Shown here one piece after another: positions 39,860 through 52,297 of a DNA stretch of 64,000 nucleotides. The translations under genes and the position numbers were made by a program. The notes under the pieces are model-generated. The model had not been told where the DNA came from, ran no database searches, and was given only the letters and a program-made list of their open reading frames with translations. This stretch comes from Mobula hypostoma (lineage: Eukaryota). Positions within the stretch are counted from its first letter, which is position 1. Every line of letters starts with the position of its first letter. The DNA lies in the NCBI RefSeq assembly GCF_963921235.1, contig NC_086097.1, positions 100,690,001-100,754,000 on the forward strand. The letters are read 5' to 3'.

Positions 39860-40462
39860 GTGACTGGGAGACCACTTTGCTCAGCACCTATGCTCTGTCC
39901 ACCTGGAAAAGTGGGATCTCCCAGTGGCCACCCATTTTAATTCCACTTCCCATTCCCATTCGGACATGTCAGTTCATGGCTGCTTCTACTGGTGCGATGA
40001 GGCAACAGAATCCATCTGGGTAGCCTCCAACCTGACGGCATGGCCATCAATTTCTCGAACTTCCAGTAATGCCCATTTCCCATTCCCATTTCCCTCCCTC
40101 ACCTTATCTCCTTGCCTGCCCATCACCTCCCTCTGGTGCTCCTTCCCTTTTTCTTTCTTCTGTGACCTTCTGTCCTCTCCTATCAGATTTCCCCTTCTCC
40201 AGCCCTGTATCTCTTTCACTAATCTTCCCAGCTCTTTTGTTCACTCCTTTCCCCTCTCCCAGTTTCAGCTATCACCTATGTTTCTTCCTCCCCTCCCTCC
40301 ACCTTCTAACTCTAATCATCTTTTTTTCTCCAGTACTGATGAGGGGTCTTGGCCCAAAATGTCAACTGTACTCTTTTCCATAGATCCTGCCAGGCCTGCT
40401 GAGTTCCTCCAGCATTTTGTGTGTGTTGCTCGGATTTCCAGCATCTACAGGTTTTCTCTTGA
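39860..40462 (+). mobile_element. Penelope-like 3' fragment with CpG-decayed hammerhead (40331-40368)
   Basis: End of GIY-YIG region (LGDHF..HL.SV, VATHFNSTSHSHSDMSVHG) and the terminal motif CCTGCTGAGTTCCTCCAGCATTTTGTGTG...CCAGCATCTACAG. Confidence 0.85.
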
Positions 40463-40899
40463 TAGGCGGTTTCTAGTGTAGGCTGAAGAGCCTGTAATAT
40501 GCTGTAGACTTCTATGTTCTTATGAAAGAGAGCTGCTCTGTTTTCTCTCTTGCAATGTGTAGGAAACCCAGATTACAGCAGGTAAAGATACAAGTTTAAC
40601 TTCTTACTGCATGTTGCATTAAGAATGATTTTGTCAGAATTCACACAAATTGATAATCATTCTTTTAGCAATGCCGCTACCTTTAACTATTCCCAGGTCT
40701 GATCAAATCATTGGGTTGCCCTTCCAGTACCTCTGTTGCTAATAGCTTCCCAAATTGATTACTGAATGATTCAGTTTCCAGCACCCATTGAGGAAGTAGA
40801 AGATTCCATTTCAGATCTTCTTTCTACGTAGAAAAGATTTTTCATATTTTCTTTACAGTTCTGTCTTAAATTTTATTGTGTGGCCCCAGTGCTACTGTA

Positions 40900-42240
40900 T
40901 TAGTGAGTGATAGAATCAGGGAAGTTGATGGGACTGTGGAAAGAATAAAAGAATATGGGACCGGTTTGGGTTAGTGTAAACTGGTGCATGGTAGTTGGTG
41001 TAGACTTAGTGTGCTAAAGGACCTAATTCCATGCCACACGACTGTGTGACTCTCTCAGGACCAGAATACATACTGAGTTGGGATTTGTGGCCAGCAGCTA
41101 CTGGAAATTGGAAGGTTGTTTTTTTATGGAGACATGTCCCTAGTTTGGCAGGTGGGTTTCATCGGGGATTGGTACCTGGGCTCCAGCTTTTCATCAGCCA
41201 TTTGACTTAGGGACATGTCAGATTTTCCAGTTTGCTGACAACTCTAAACTAGACAGTACATATGTGGGCGGGGGGGATGCTAAGAGGCTTCAATGGGATA
41301 TAGACAAGCCAGCTGTGTGGATAAGAATATGGTAAATGGCATTCAGTGTCGAAAAAATTCAATGCACAGAACAGAAAAAAAATGCGAAGTATTTGTCACA
41401 TGATGACAAATGGACTACTCAGAAGAATCCTAGGCCTGCTTTTCACAAGTCACTGGAGGCCAATGTACAGGTGCAGCAAGTTATTAAGGGAACGATTAGT
41501 TTATGAGTAAAGGGTGGTATTGTTTAGCACCCTGGTCAGGCCAGCCCTCAATTACTGTCTGCAGTTTTGATCTCCCTACCAAAGAAAAGATGCATTTTCC
41601 ATTCAGGGATACAGCAAAGATTCACTAGACTGGTTGCAAGATAATGAGTTTGCTATATGAGGAGAGTGCAAGTAGTCTGGGACTCTATTCTAAATTTTAA
41701 ACTTTAGGAGAGCAGATCACGTTGAAAACTTAAAAATTCTTGAAGAGTTTGTCAAAGAGAATGTTTTCTCTGTCTGATTTGTCTAGGAACTATTTTAGAA
41801 TAAGCAGTAGGCTATTTTGGTCATACAATAGGAGAAATTTCTTTCCTTGGCCCAATTCTTGGGTTCATTCACAACATAGATTGATGGATTTCCTTATCGT
41901 AAACTTAAGGCAGCTGGAATATAGAAACATGTGGGGTCATTCGCTGGTTTAAAAACTGAAAGGCAGGAAATTTATTAAATTGTGAAAGATTGAGAAATAT
42001 TGAAAATTGATGCAAGCAATTGGGAAGGCAAATGGTGTATGGGCCTTTGTTATGAGGGGATTTGAATGCAATTAAGACCGCTTCTAAACAATTACACAGG
42101 GAGGCCATATTTGAAATGCTGGGTTTTAATCCGGGCTCCCCACCTAAGAATACATTTAGCATATAGGGATTGCTGCAAAAGGATTACCAGACTGATTCCC
42201 AGGATAACAACTCTGCTGTATGAAGAGGGATTAATTTAGC
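40900..42240 (+). mobile_element. Highly decayed CR1 fragments
   Basis: Remnants of FADDTKL, LVRP.L.YC.QF and QQRFTRL motifs. Confidence 0.6.
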
Positions 42241-42611
42241 TTGGTGATCTGGTGTCACTGACAAGGACAGTATTCATTGCCCATCCCTAATAGTCCTTGA
42301 GAAGGTGGTGGTGAGCCGTCTTCTTACACTCCAGCAGTTGTTTTGGCAAAGGGATAGTCAGGATTTAGATGGGTGGTAGGGTAGGGCTTTGGCTTCAATG
42401 GGCTTCGGCGGCGAGAGCGAGGCACCAACGCTTTTTTTTCTTTTTCTCCTCCCCCCACTTCGCGAATTGGCCCGGACAGCCAGGAACAGCAGGGCTCTCA
42501 CAGCTAACAGTACGAGCTAACTGTTTAAAAAGTTCGTCTGTTTGGCGAGGTAAGTGGGTGGGTAGACTTATTTTTCCTGTTTCCTGTTTCATTCCTGTAG
42601 AATTAGGTAGC

Positions 42612-43547
42612 ATGCCTGCAGGGTTAGTGCTTTGTTCAGGGTGTCAGATGAGGGAATCCTGGGAGACCTCCAGCCTCCCCGATGACCACATCTGCGCCAG
42701 GTGCACCGAGATGCAGCTCCTCAGAGACCGTGTTAGGGATCTGGAGCTGCACCTTGATGACCTACTGCTTATCAGGGAAAGTGAAGAGGTGATAGACAGG
42801 AGCTACAGGGAGGTAGTCATCCCTAGGCTACTGGGGTCAGAAAACTGGGTCACTGTCAAGAGAGGGAAGGGAAATGCCCGGATAGTGGAGAGCACACCTG
42901 TGGCTGTCCCCCTCAGCAACAAATATCTTGTTCTGGATGCTGTTGAGGGGGATGACCTGACAGAGGACGCCCACGGTGACCGGGTCTCTGGCACTGAGCC
43001 TGGCGCTGTTGTGCAGGAGAGAAGGAGGGAGAAGAGGAATGCTGTAGTCATAGGGGATTCCATAGTCAGGGGAATGGACAGGAGATTCTGTGAGCCTGAC
43101 AGAGATACCCACATGGTGTGTTGCCTCCCAGGTGCCAGGGTACGGGATGTCTCGGATCGGGTCCTGAATATTCTAAAGGGGGACGGTGAGCAGCCAGTTG
43201 TCTTGGTACATGTTGGTACCAATGACATAGATAGGACAAAGGAGGAGGTCCTGAAGAGAGATTTCCAGGAGTTAGGAAGGAAGCTGAGAAGCAGGACCTC
43301 CAGGGTAGTAATCTCGGGACTGCTACCTGTGCCACGTGCTAGCGAGGGCAAGAGTAGTTGGATCAGGCAGATGAATGCGTGGCTGAGAGGCTGATGTAGG
43401 GGGCAGGGCTTCAGATTCTTGGATAATTGGGATCTCTTCTGGGGGAAGTATGACCTGTTCAAAAAGGACAGGTTACACCTGAACCTGAAGGGGACCAATA
43501 TCCTGGTGGGAAAGTTTAATAGAGCTGTTAGGGAGGGTTTAAACTAA
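42612..43547 (+). pseudogene. CR1 ORF1 (zinc finger, leucine zipper, SGNH esterase) with one premature stop at 43392-43394
   Basis: CSGC..CARC, heptad leucines, GDSIV, PGA, HVGTND; the frame continues past the TGA as CRGQGFRFLDNWDLFWGKYDLFKKDRLHLN...GLN*. Confidence 0.9.
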
Positions 43548-43702
43548 TTTGGCAGGGGGATGGGAACCGGAATGATAGAGCGGAGGAAGGGGAAAATAGA
43601 AATAAATCTAAGATAGTGAGCAGTAAAGATGTCAGGAAAGACAGGCAGGTGATGGGGCAAATTCGTAGCCATTGGGATGAGTTGTAGTGCAATAAAGTTG
43701 CA

Positions 43703-46519
43703 GTGAAATCAAAGCAAAAAGTATCAAATACTGGTCTTAAGGTGTTGTACTTAAATGCACGCAGCATAAGGAATAAGGTGGATGATCTTGTTGTACAGCT
43801 ACAGATTGGCAGGTATGATATTGTGGCCATCACTGAGACCTGTCTCTGGGAGCTGAACGTCCAAGGATACATGGTGTATCGTAAGGATAGGAAGGTAGGC
43901 AGAGGGGGAGGCGTGGCTTTATTGGTAAGAAATGATATTAAGTCATTAGAAAGAGGTGATATAGAATCGGAAGGTGCAGAATCTTTATGGGTTAAGCTAA
44001 GAAATCGCAGGGGTGAAAGGACCCTGATGGCAGTTATTTATAGGCCTCCAAACAGCTGCAGTGATGTGGACTACAAATTACAACAGGAAACAGAAAAGGC
44101 TTGTCAGAAGAGCAGTGTTATGATAATTGTGGGGGATTTTAACATGCCAGTGGATTGGGAAAATCAGGTCAGCAATGGATCTCAAGAGAGAGAATTTGTA
44201 GAATGTCTGCGAGATGGCTTTTTAGAACAGCTTGTTGTTGAGCCCACTAGGGGATCGGCTGTACTGGATTGGATATTGTGTAATGAACCGGATGTGATTA
44301 GAGAGATTGAGGTGAAGGAACCCTTAGGAGGCAGTGATCATAACATGATTGAGTTCACTGTGAAATTAGAAAAAGAGAAGCCAAAATCTGATGTGTTGGT
44401 ATTTCAGTGGAGTAAAGGAAATTACAGTGGCATGAGAGAGGAACTGGCCAAAGTTGACTGGAAAGGGACACTGGCAGGAAAGACAGCAGAGCAGCAGTGG
44501 CTAGAGTTTATGCGAGAAATGAGGAATGTGCAAGACAGGTATGTTCCAAAAAAGAAGAAATTTTCGAGTGAAAAAAAGATGCAACCGTGGTTGACAAGAG
44601 AAGTCAAAGCCAAAGTTAAAGCAAAGGAGAGGGCATACAAGGAAGCAAAAATTAGTGGGAAGACAAAGGATTGGGACGTTTTTAAAACCTTACAAAAGGA
44701 AACCAAGAAGGTCATTAAGAGAGAAAAGATTAACTATGAAAGGAAGCTAGCAAGTAATATCAAAGAGGATACTAAAAGCTTTTTCAAGTATATAAAGAGT
44801 AAAAGACAGGTGAGAGTAGATAAAGGACCAATAGAAAATAATGCTGGAGAAATTGTAATGGGAGATAAGGAGATGGCAGAGGAACTGAACGAGTATTTTG
44901 CATCATTCTTCACTGAGGAAGACATTAGCAGTATACCGGACACTCAAGGCTGGCAGGGAAGAGAAGTGTGCGCAGTCACAATTACGACAGAGGAAATACT
45001 CAGGAAGCTGAATAGTCTGAAGGTAGGTAAATCTCCCGGACCAGATGGAATGCACCCTCGTGTTCTGAAGGAAGTAGCTGTGGAGATTGCGGAGGCACTA
45101 GTGATGATCTTTCAAAAGTCGATAGATTCTGGCATGGTTCCGGAAGACTGGAAGATTGCAAATGTCACTCCGGTATTTAAGAAGGGGGCAAGGAAGCAAA
45201 AAGGAAATTATAGACCTGTTAGCTTGACATCGGTGGTTGGGAAGTTGTTGGAGTCGATTGTCAAGGATGAGGTTACAGAGTACCTGGAGGCATATGACAA
45301 GATAGGCAGAACTCAGCATGGATTCTTTAAAGGAAAATCCTGCCTGACAAACCTATTACAATTTTTTGAGGAAATTACCAGTAGGCTAGACAAGGGAGAT
45401 GCAGTGGATATTGTATATTTGGATTTTCAGATGGCCTTTGACAAGGTGCCACACATGAGGCTACTTAACAAGATAAGAGCCCATGGAATTACAGGAAAGT
45501 TACATACGTGGATAGAGCGTTGGCTGATTGGCAGGAAACAGAGAGTGGGAATAAAGGGATCCTATTCTGGTTGGCTGCCTGTTACCAGTGGTGTTCCACA
45601 GGGATCAGTGTTGGGACCGCTTCTTTTTACATCGTACATCAACGATTTGGATTATGGAATAGATGGCTTTGTGGCTAAGTTTGCTGACGATACAAAGATA
45701 GGTGGAGGGGCCGGTAGTGCTGAGGAAACGGAGAGTCTGCAGAGAGACTTGGATAGATTGGAAGAATGGGCAGAGAAGTGGCAAATGAAGTACAATGTTG
45801 GAAAGTGTATGGTTATGCACTTTGGCAGAAAAAATAAACGGGCAGACTATTATTTAAATGAGGAAAGAATTCAAAGTTCTGAAATGCAACGGGACTTGGG
45901 AGTCCTCGTACAGGATACCCTTAAAGTTAACCTCCAGGTTGAGTCAGTAGTGAAGAAGGCGAATGCAATGTCAGCATTCATTTCTAGAGGAATAGAGTAT
46001 AGGAGCAGGGATGTGATGTTGAGGCTCTATAAGACGCTGGTGAGACCTCACTTGGAGTACTGTGGGCAGTTTTGGTCTCCTTATTTAAGAAAGGATGTGC
46101 TGACATTGGAGAGGGTACAGAGAAGATTCACTAGAATGATTCCGGGAATGAGAGGGTTAACGTATGAGGAACGTTTGTCCACTCTTGGACTGTATTCCTT
46201 GGAGTTTAGAAGAATGAGGGGAGACCTCATAGAAACATTTTGGATGTTAAAAGGCATGGACAGAGTGGATGTGGCAAAGTTGTTTCCCATGATGGGGGAG
46301 TCTAGTATGAGAGGGCATGACTTAAGGATTGAAGGGCGCCCATTCAGAACAGAAATGCGAAGAAATAGTTTTAGTCAGAGGGTGGTGAATCTATGGAATT
46401 TGTTGCCACGAGCAGCAGTGGAGGCCAAGTCATTGGGTGTATTTAAGGCCAAGATTGATAGGTATCTGAGTAGCCAGGGCATCAAAGGTTATGGTGAGAA
46501 GGCGGGAGAGTGGGATTAA
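43703..46519 (+). CDS. CR1 ORF2: APE endonuclease + reverse transcriptase, 938 aa open frame
   Basis: YLNARS, ITET, IYRPP, GDFN, SDH (APE); NYRPVSLTS, QHGF, GVPQGSVLGP, YIND, FADD (RT). The true start may be upstream of the GTG used by the ORF track. Confidence 0.93.
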   Translation: MKSKQKVSNTGLKVLYLNARSIRNKVDDLVVQLQIGRYDIVAITETCLWELNVQGYMVYRKDRKVGRGGGVALLVRNDIKSLERGDIESEGAESLWVKLRNRRGERTLMAVIYRPPNSCSDVDYKLQQETEKACQKSSVMIIVGDFNMPVDWENQVSNGSQEREFVECLRDGFLEQLVVEPTRGSAVLDWILCNEPDVIREIEVKEPLGGSDHNMIEFTVKLEKEKPKSDVLVFQWSKGNYSGMREELAKVDWKGTLAGKTAEQQWLEFMREMRNVQDRYVPKKKKFSSEKKMQPWLTREVKAKVKAKERAYKEAKISGKTKDWDVFKTLQKETKKVIKREKINYERKLASNIKEDTKSFFKYIKSKRQVRVDKGPIENNAGEIVMGDKEMAEELNEYFASFFTEEDISSIPDTQGWQGREVCAVTITTEEILRKLNSLKVGKSPGPDGMHPRVLKEVAVEIAEALVMIFQKSIDSGMVPEDWKIANVTPVFKKGARKQKGNYRPVSLTSVVGKLLESIVKDEVTEYLEAYDKIGRTQHGFFKGKSCLTNLLQFFEEITSRLDKGDAVDIVYLDFQMAFDKVPHMRLLNKIRAHGITGKLHTWIERWLIGRKQRVGIKGSYSGWLPVTSGVPQGSVLGPLLFTSYINDLDYGIDGFVAKFADDTKIGGGAGSAEETESLQRDLDRLEEWAEKWQMKYNVGKCMVMHFGRKNKRADYYLNEERIQSSEMQRDLGVLVQDTLKVNLQVESVVKKANAMSAFISRGIEYRSRDVMLRLYKTLVRPHLEYCGQFWSPYLRKDVLTLERVQRRFTRMIPGMRGLTYEERLSTLGLYSLEFRRMRGDLIETFWMLKGMDRVDVAKLFPMMGESSMRGHDLRIEGRPFRTEMRRNSFSQRVVNLWNLLPRAAVEAKSLGVFKAKIDRYLSSQGIKGYGEKAGEWD

Positions 46520-49500
46520 TTCGGAGAAAATGGATCAGCTCATGATAAAATGGCGGAGCAGACTCGATGGGCCGAATGGCCTACTTCTGCTCCTTTGTCT
46601 TATGGTCTTATGGTCTTATGGGTGGCGATGTGCCCATACACCTTTGACCTTGTCTACTTTGTGGCAGAAGCTATGGATTTGGCAAGATCTGTCAAAGTAG
46701 CCTGGGCAAGGAAGTGCAATGCATCTTATAGATGGCACATGCTCTATCCACTAGTGGTGGATGGGATGAATATTTATTGTGGTTGATGGGATGCCAATCA
46801 AGTCGGCTGTTTTATCTGGCTGATCTGTGTGAGAGCTGTTGGTGCCACACTCATGTAGACAGTATTTCATCATACTCTTGATTTGTGTCTTGTAAGTGCT
46901 GGAAAGGCTTAGAGGTCTCAGGAGGTGAGTACTCTTTACTAGATACCCAGCCTCAGATCTGCTCTTGTAGCCACAGTATTCAGCTCTTATTGAATCTCTG
47001 GTCATTGTAGGTGGGTGATGCCAACACCAATGAATATCAAGGTTAGGTAGTTAGACTCTCTCTCTTGTCGGAGAAGAATACCATTAGGCAGTTCTGCGGC
47101 ATGAAAGTCATCACTTAACAACCCAAGCCCAGATATTTTCTGGGTCTTGTTGATATATGCTGTGCCAATGCTGTCTTGAGTTTAGAAGAATGAGATACTC
47201 TCCTTGAAATACACAAATGTCTAGGTAGATGTCAACCTGTAAGTATATTGGCTTGATAAACTTTGCAAACCAGGCCAAAATATCTAATAACTAGTTTTCA
47301 AATGTTTCTAAAGGAGAATTGTTTTGTAGCTAGGATTGCTATCATAGTATTTAACTAGTCAGTCAAGGCTAAAGAAGCATACAAGAAAACACACATAATA
47401 AATTAGAACTACATAGCAGTTAGATTTTAGTACAACTCCCTGCAAAAGTATTTTGCTTAATCATACCATTATTCCAATCATAGTCTTGATAATTTCTAAA
47501 GCAGCAGCATCATGTGGAATCTTTGTACTTGGCTTCAAAGCAACTGCTGAAATGCTCGGCATTTCTAAAGAAAGACAAAGTAGCATGTAAATATAACGTG
47601 AACAGATGGTGATACTTTTCCAAAATAACCTCATGGAAATGAACCAATTAGAATATGACTGAAAGACTAAATCAAGCTTTTTTTTTTCTTTCCTGTGGTA
47701 TAAGCAGCAAAGGCAAAGCCTGTCTTTGAGAAAATGGTGGGAGCCACCTTCTTAAACAACTGCATCTATCCAGTAAAACTATTCCGGCAGTGAGATACTT
47801 TGTCAGCAAGGTGTGTGACTTGGGAGGATAATCTGTGGTGGGCACAGCTCTCAGATCTGGGAGTGCTGTAAAGAAACCATGGTGATTTCTTGTAAAGATT
47901 TTGTAGATTTCACAGAGTGCTGATAGTGGTGAGAGTGAATGCTGAACTTTGTGGGCATGATATCAATCATGTGAGCCACTTTGTTTTGGACAGTGTTGAG
48001 CTGTTCTCACTCAGCTTGGCAAAGAGGAGAAATTCAGCAAACTTCTGACCTGAGGCTTGTAGATGTGGAAAGTCTTTGGGAATCAAAAGAGAGATTTGCT
48101 GTAAAATTTAAAGTTGCTGACTTGCTCTTCCAGTCACAGTATTTATTTGCTGTTTCCATTAAGTTTCTGGTTAATGTTGAGCTTAGAGTATTGATGGTTG
48201 AAAACTAGCCATTAGTAATGTCACTGAACATAAGATATAGCAGCGGAATTAGACTGTTCAGCCCATTCAATTATGGCAGATTTTTTTTCCATCCCATTCT
48301 CCTGCTAATCAATCAACTGATGGTGATTTGCTTTCTCTTTTATTGGAGGCAGCCACTAACTGGGGCTTCTGTGCTTCAAATGCTACTTGCTGTTTTCAGC
48401 CCATACCTGCTAGTTATCTACGTCTTGCTGAATGCTGGCAAACTGCTTTATAATCAGAGGTTACCACTGGTGTAAGAATCACTCCACTCAAGGAAGAGGA
48501 GTTTAAAATATGCCTAATATTTTGTTATATCAGCCATCATATAACATTTATGAAAGGAACAGAACAATTTAACATATCCACTTTCTCTGGTCTTCTATAA
48601 AGTACCGGCTGGTAGCTCAAAATTGTATGTAGTTAAAACAAAGTGTTTACAAATTGTTATATCTGACTGCACATTCTGTCTCCTACTGTGATGTGGTGTG
48701 ATGCGTCCTGGCTGTGATTTATAACAGCAATAAGTTATTAAACAGGATTTATCAGTTCCGTTAACTTCTGGGCTACATCAGAAAGTGAAACCTGCCAATG
48801 ATGTGTAAACTATGTGGACATCTCAAACTACCCAGCTTCAAATAAAGCAAGTCCCACCAAGGAATAAGTGAAGAGCAACAAGGGATGGGCAATAAAATCT
48901 GAATTGCTGGCACTTTATACAAGCAGAATTCAGTTCTCTGAATTAGCATGGTTTTTACCTAATCTCAACAAAAAAAAATTCACCCTGTTTTGAAGAGGTA
49001 AATAAGAAAAGAAAATCATGTCTTAAGTCATTGACATAAGAGGGATATATCCTCTCCAAATTTAATTCACTTTCCTTCATTGTAATCTCCTTAAGATGGA
49101 TGGCAAGGAACACACCATACAGTATTGACAGGGTGCAAATCTTTTTCAGCAATTCCAAATAATTTCTCAAGGTGATATAGCTAATACTCCATGATGAGCT
49201 TTAGGGCTGGAGAAAACCTGTTAAACTATGCATTGTAAAGCCTCTAGTGACAAATTCTGTTGTATTTCTATTCTATTCTATTTCAAACAGTTTATTTCCA
49301 CAGACAATTTCCAAATTATTCAAAGATTATTATGTAGCATCCTGCAGTACTCAGTACAAGGGAAATTAAATCAAATAGACCAGTGCAAAAGACTGAATAT
49401 TTTTGAATACAAGCCAAGTTAAGAGTAAATAATTTTTAAAGGTAGTTTACATGTTTCATGAACCTGAATCTGGCTGCAAACCTGCCAGCATCCCAAAGCA

Positions 49501-49744
49501 AGGTAATAAGGATGGAAGCTGTGAAGGGTCTTTATTGAACTTAAGGTATAATTTAGAAGACTTTTCTAATTTTTTTATGTTAAATATTTAATTTGCCAAA
49601 AAAAACTGACTACTGCATACAAATGAAAGTGAAACTAGCAATGATTGAGTGAAGTTGTCTTAAAAGTCATTCCCAAAGATCATAGGTCGGGGAGCAGGAA
49701 CTGGACAATTATATTCTAAGCTGAGTATTTCATAAACTGTGAGA

Positions 49745-50080
49745 CAGTAGCACAGTGGCACAGCTAGTACAGGCACTTCTTCAGTGCCAGAGAGTCAGGT
49801 TCAAGCTTGACCTTGAGTGCTGTCTATGTGGAGTTGGAACATTCTTCCTGAGGTCACTTGGGTTTTCTCTGGGTACTCCAATCTCCCCCCCACATCCTAA
49901 AGATAAGCAAGTCGATCAGTTAAGCGGCTGGTGTAAATTGCTCCTGGTGTGTGGCTGAATGGTAGAATCTGGGAGAACTGATAGGAATGTGAAGAGGATG
50001 AAAATATAAATGGTCGACATGGAGTCAGTGGGCAATAGGGCAATAGGGCTTAGTTCTATGCTGTATCTTTTTATCACTCT
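49745..50080 (+). mobile_element. V-SINE (HE1-like), near full length
   Basis: tRNA-like head (TGGCACAGCTAG, GGTTCAAGC), V-domain-like core and CR1-like 3' end. Confidence 0.7.
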
Positions 50081-50149
50081 AAACTTTGTGCTTTTAGCAT
50101 TTAGTTGTTTTACATTTTCAAAAACTCCATAAAACATATATACAAGCAC

Positions 50150-51200
50150 CTAGCAGAACAAATGGTAAGTCATCTTTTATTGCGAGAGGGTTTGATTACA
50201 GGAGTAAGGAAATTTTATGGTGACTATATAGGCTGTTGGTCAGACCACAATTAGACTGTATGCAGTTTATGTTTCTTTATCCAAGAAAGGACGTACTTGC
50301 CAAGGAGGGAGTGCGCGATGTATTAATTAGACAGGTTACCAGTACTGGGGGTTTGCCATTCGAGGGGAGAGTGAACAGAGTTTAGAAGAATGAAGGAGAT
50401 GCAATTGAAATTTGCATTTTTTACAGGGCTTGACAGCTGGATGCAGGGAGGATACTTCAACTGGCTGAGGGGTTGGAAATAAGCGACAAGCTGTTAAGGA
50501 TTGAGATAAACAGAAATTTCTTCACTGAAAGTGTGGTGAACCTTTGGAATTCTTTACCTCAGACAGCTGTGAAAACCACTATTATGTTCACAGAAAATAG
50601 CTACAGGAAGTACATCTTTAAGCTGGAAAGAGTGCAGGACAGATTCATGAGGAGGTTACCAGGACTGCAGTGCTTGAGCTGTAAGGAGAGGCTGAATATG
50701 CTGGGATTTTCTCCCCCCCGAAGGGGAGGCTAAGTGGTAATCGTATACAGGTTCACCAAATCATGAGGGGCATTGATAAGGTGGGTGGTCACAGTTTTCT
50801 CCCCCAGGGTATAGGAGTCTAAGACTTGAGGTTATTGATTTAAGATGAGAGGGGAAAAATTTAAAGGGGACCTGAAAGGCAACATTTTCACACATAGGAT
50901 GGTGGATATGTGGATCTAGCTGCCAGAGGAAGCTATAGAGGCAGGTACAATTACACTTAAAAGACATTTGGACAGGTACCATAGGTAGAAAAGGTTTAGA
51001 AGGATTTAGGGCAAATGCAGGCAAATGGAATTAGCTCAAGTAGGCAACCCAGTTGGGCCTCTTTCAGTGAATCCAGCAATCAGTTGATTTCTGGGCATTA
51101 AAGAAATCACAGGGTATGGAAAAGGTATTGTAAAATGGTGCTGAGGTACAGTCTTGAAGAATAGTGGAGCAGACTCAAAGGAAAAATGGAGAAATCTCTA
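50150..51200 (+). mobile_element. Two nested decayed CR1 3' fragments
   Basis: RNFFTESVVNLWNSLP followed by LERVQDRFMRRLPGL within ORF 50473-50733. Confidence 0.7.
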
Positions 51201-51489
51201 ATGCAGCTTACAGTCAGGATGTCACTTGCAACCAAAGTGAAAACTCCAGCCCTGTATGTCTCATTGCATCAGGAATGAATCTATGCATCGTAGTTCTAAG
51301 TTTTAGAAGAACACCTTAGAAGAGTTTTAGAAAAAAGATTCTCTTACAAAAAAAAAGCTTCGTTTTCCAGTAACTAAAACCAATGGAATCTGCACTGAGT
51401 AACGAAAACACTATAGATCAAGTTTTCAAAGTAAAAGTGAAGATGTTATGAAGAGTTGTTTACAATGTTAAAAATGTTAAAATGCATAC

Positions 51490-52297
51490 CATTACCATCC
51501 ATGAAATCAGTGTAATTTTGTTTATTTTCTCCCGATCGTTCCTTGTGATAATTCTCTGGGTTCTGGTTCTCACGACCATTTCCACCTATGTGATCAGAAG
51601 CACTTATTTCCCAGTTACCATGCAAAATTTCTGGGGCATCAGTTTTCAGTGCAGGCTGCGACTTCCTAGTGGTTTCCTCTGCAGACTGATTCTCCAATTT
51701 CACACAAGCTGCCAAATACTCCGTTGCAACATCAACAGCTGAAGAGAATATCATTCTTTCTTCAACAGAAATAGCAATTGGAAGACTTGTCTGCAGTACT
51801 GCTGAATTATCATCAGGAGCATCAGGACAAGTAGACTGCTCAAGTTCATGTGGAACTCCATCTTTTAATATCATATGTTTCTCTGTGGCAATGCTTTGGT
51901 CTGACTTTGTATCAGAGGCAATCACCACCGATTTCTCACTCTGTTTACTTGCGTCTTTAGAGGAACAATGATTTAACACATTTCTTGTCTCTTCACGATC
52001 CTGTAAATCACACCCTGATAGAACAGAGTGATCAGAAATCCCATTTTTTGAAGGGGAACCAGAACTGGTTTTTCCTGAAGTATTATGGCACAATACAGGA
52101 TTGATCTGCATCAACTCCTCAGCTAATGATAGATTACCCAATTTTCTGCTGCTTTGCATTAGCTTGTTTACAGTCTCTTCATTGTCCATCAGAGCTCTTT
52201 GCACTTCTTTGGTATCTAAAGAACTTGCCTGGCAGTTTCGTGGTTCAGCAGTGTCCCTCTCCACATTCATTGAATCATCTGTATCTTCTCCAGCATC
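51490..52297 (-). CDS. Large coding exon (808 nt, low-complexity S/E/D-rich); tentatively the CCDC9B (C15orf52)-like C-terminal region
   Basis: Non-repeat ~270-codon open frame in AT-rich DNA; acceptor TGTGTTTGATTGACAG|GAT (phase 0, in-frame TGA just upstream); donor AATG|GTATGC at 51490 (alternative at 51496). Name rests only on the human INAFM2(+)/CCDC9B(-) arrangement. Confidence 0.6.

Larger units (their letters stand above)
42377..46617 (+). mobile_element. Full-length CR1 LINE (~4.2 kb) with 8-bp TSD
   Basis: ATGGGTGG at 42369-42376 and 46618-46625; CpG-rich 5' UTR, ORF1, ORF2, 3' UTR and (TCTTATGG)3 tail; inserted in an older antisense LINE (~42255-42368 and 46626-47150). Confidence 0.95.

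Noticed and set aside
42369..42611. 81-codon N-terminal extension of CR1 ORF1
   Set aside because: Its ATG lies inside the TSD (host DNA); the ORF1 zinc finger begins after the ATG at 42612.
48955..49217. Minus-strand exon candidate
   Set aside because: From the acceptor at ~49217 the phase-1 frame needed to follow the big exon stops within a few codons.
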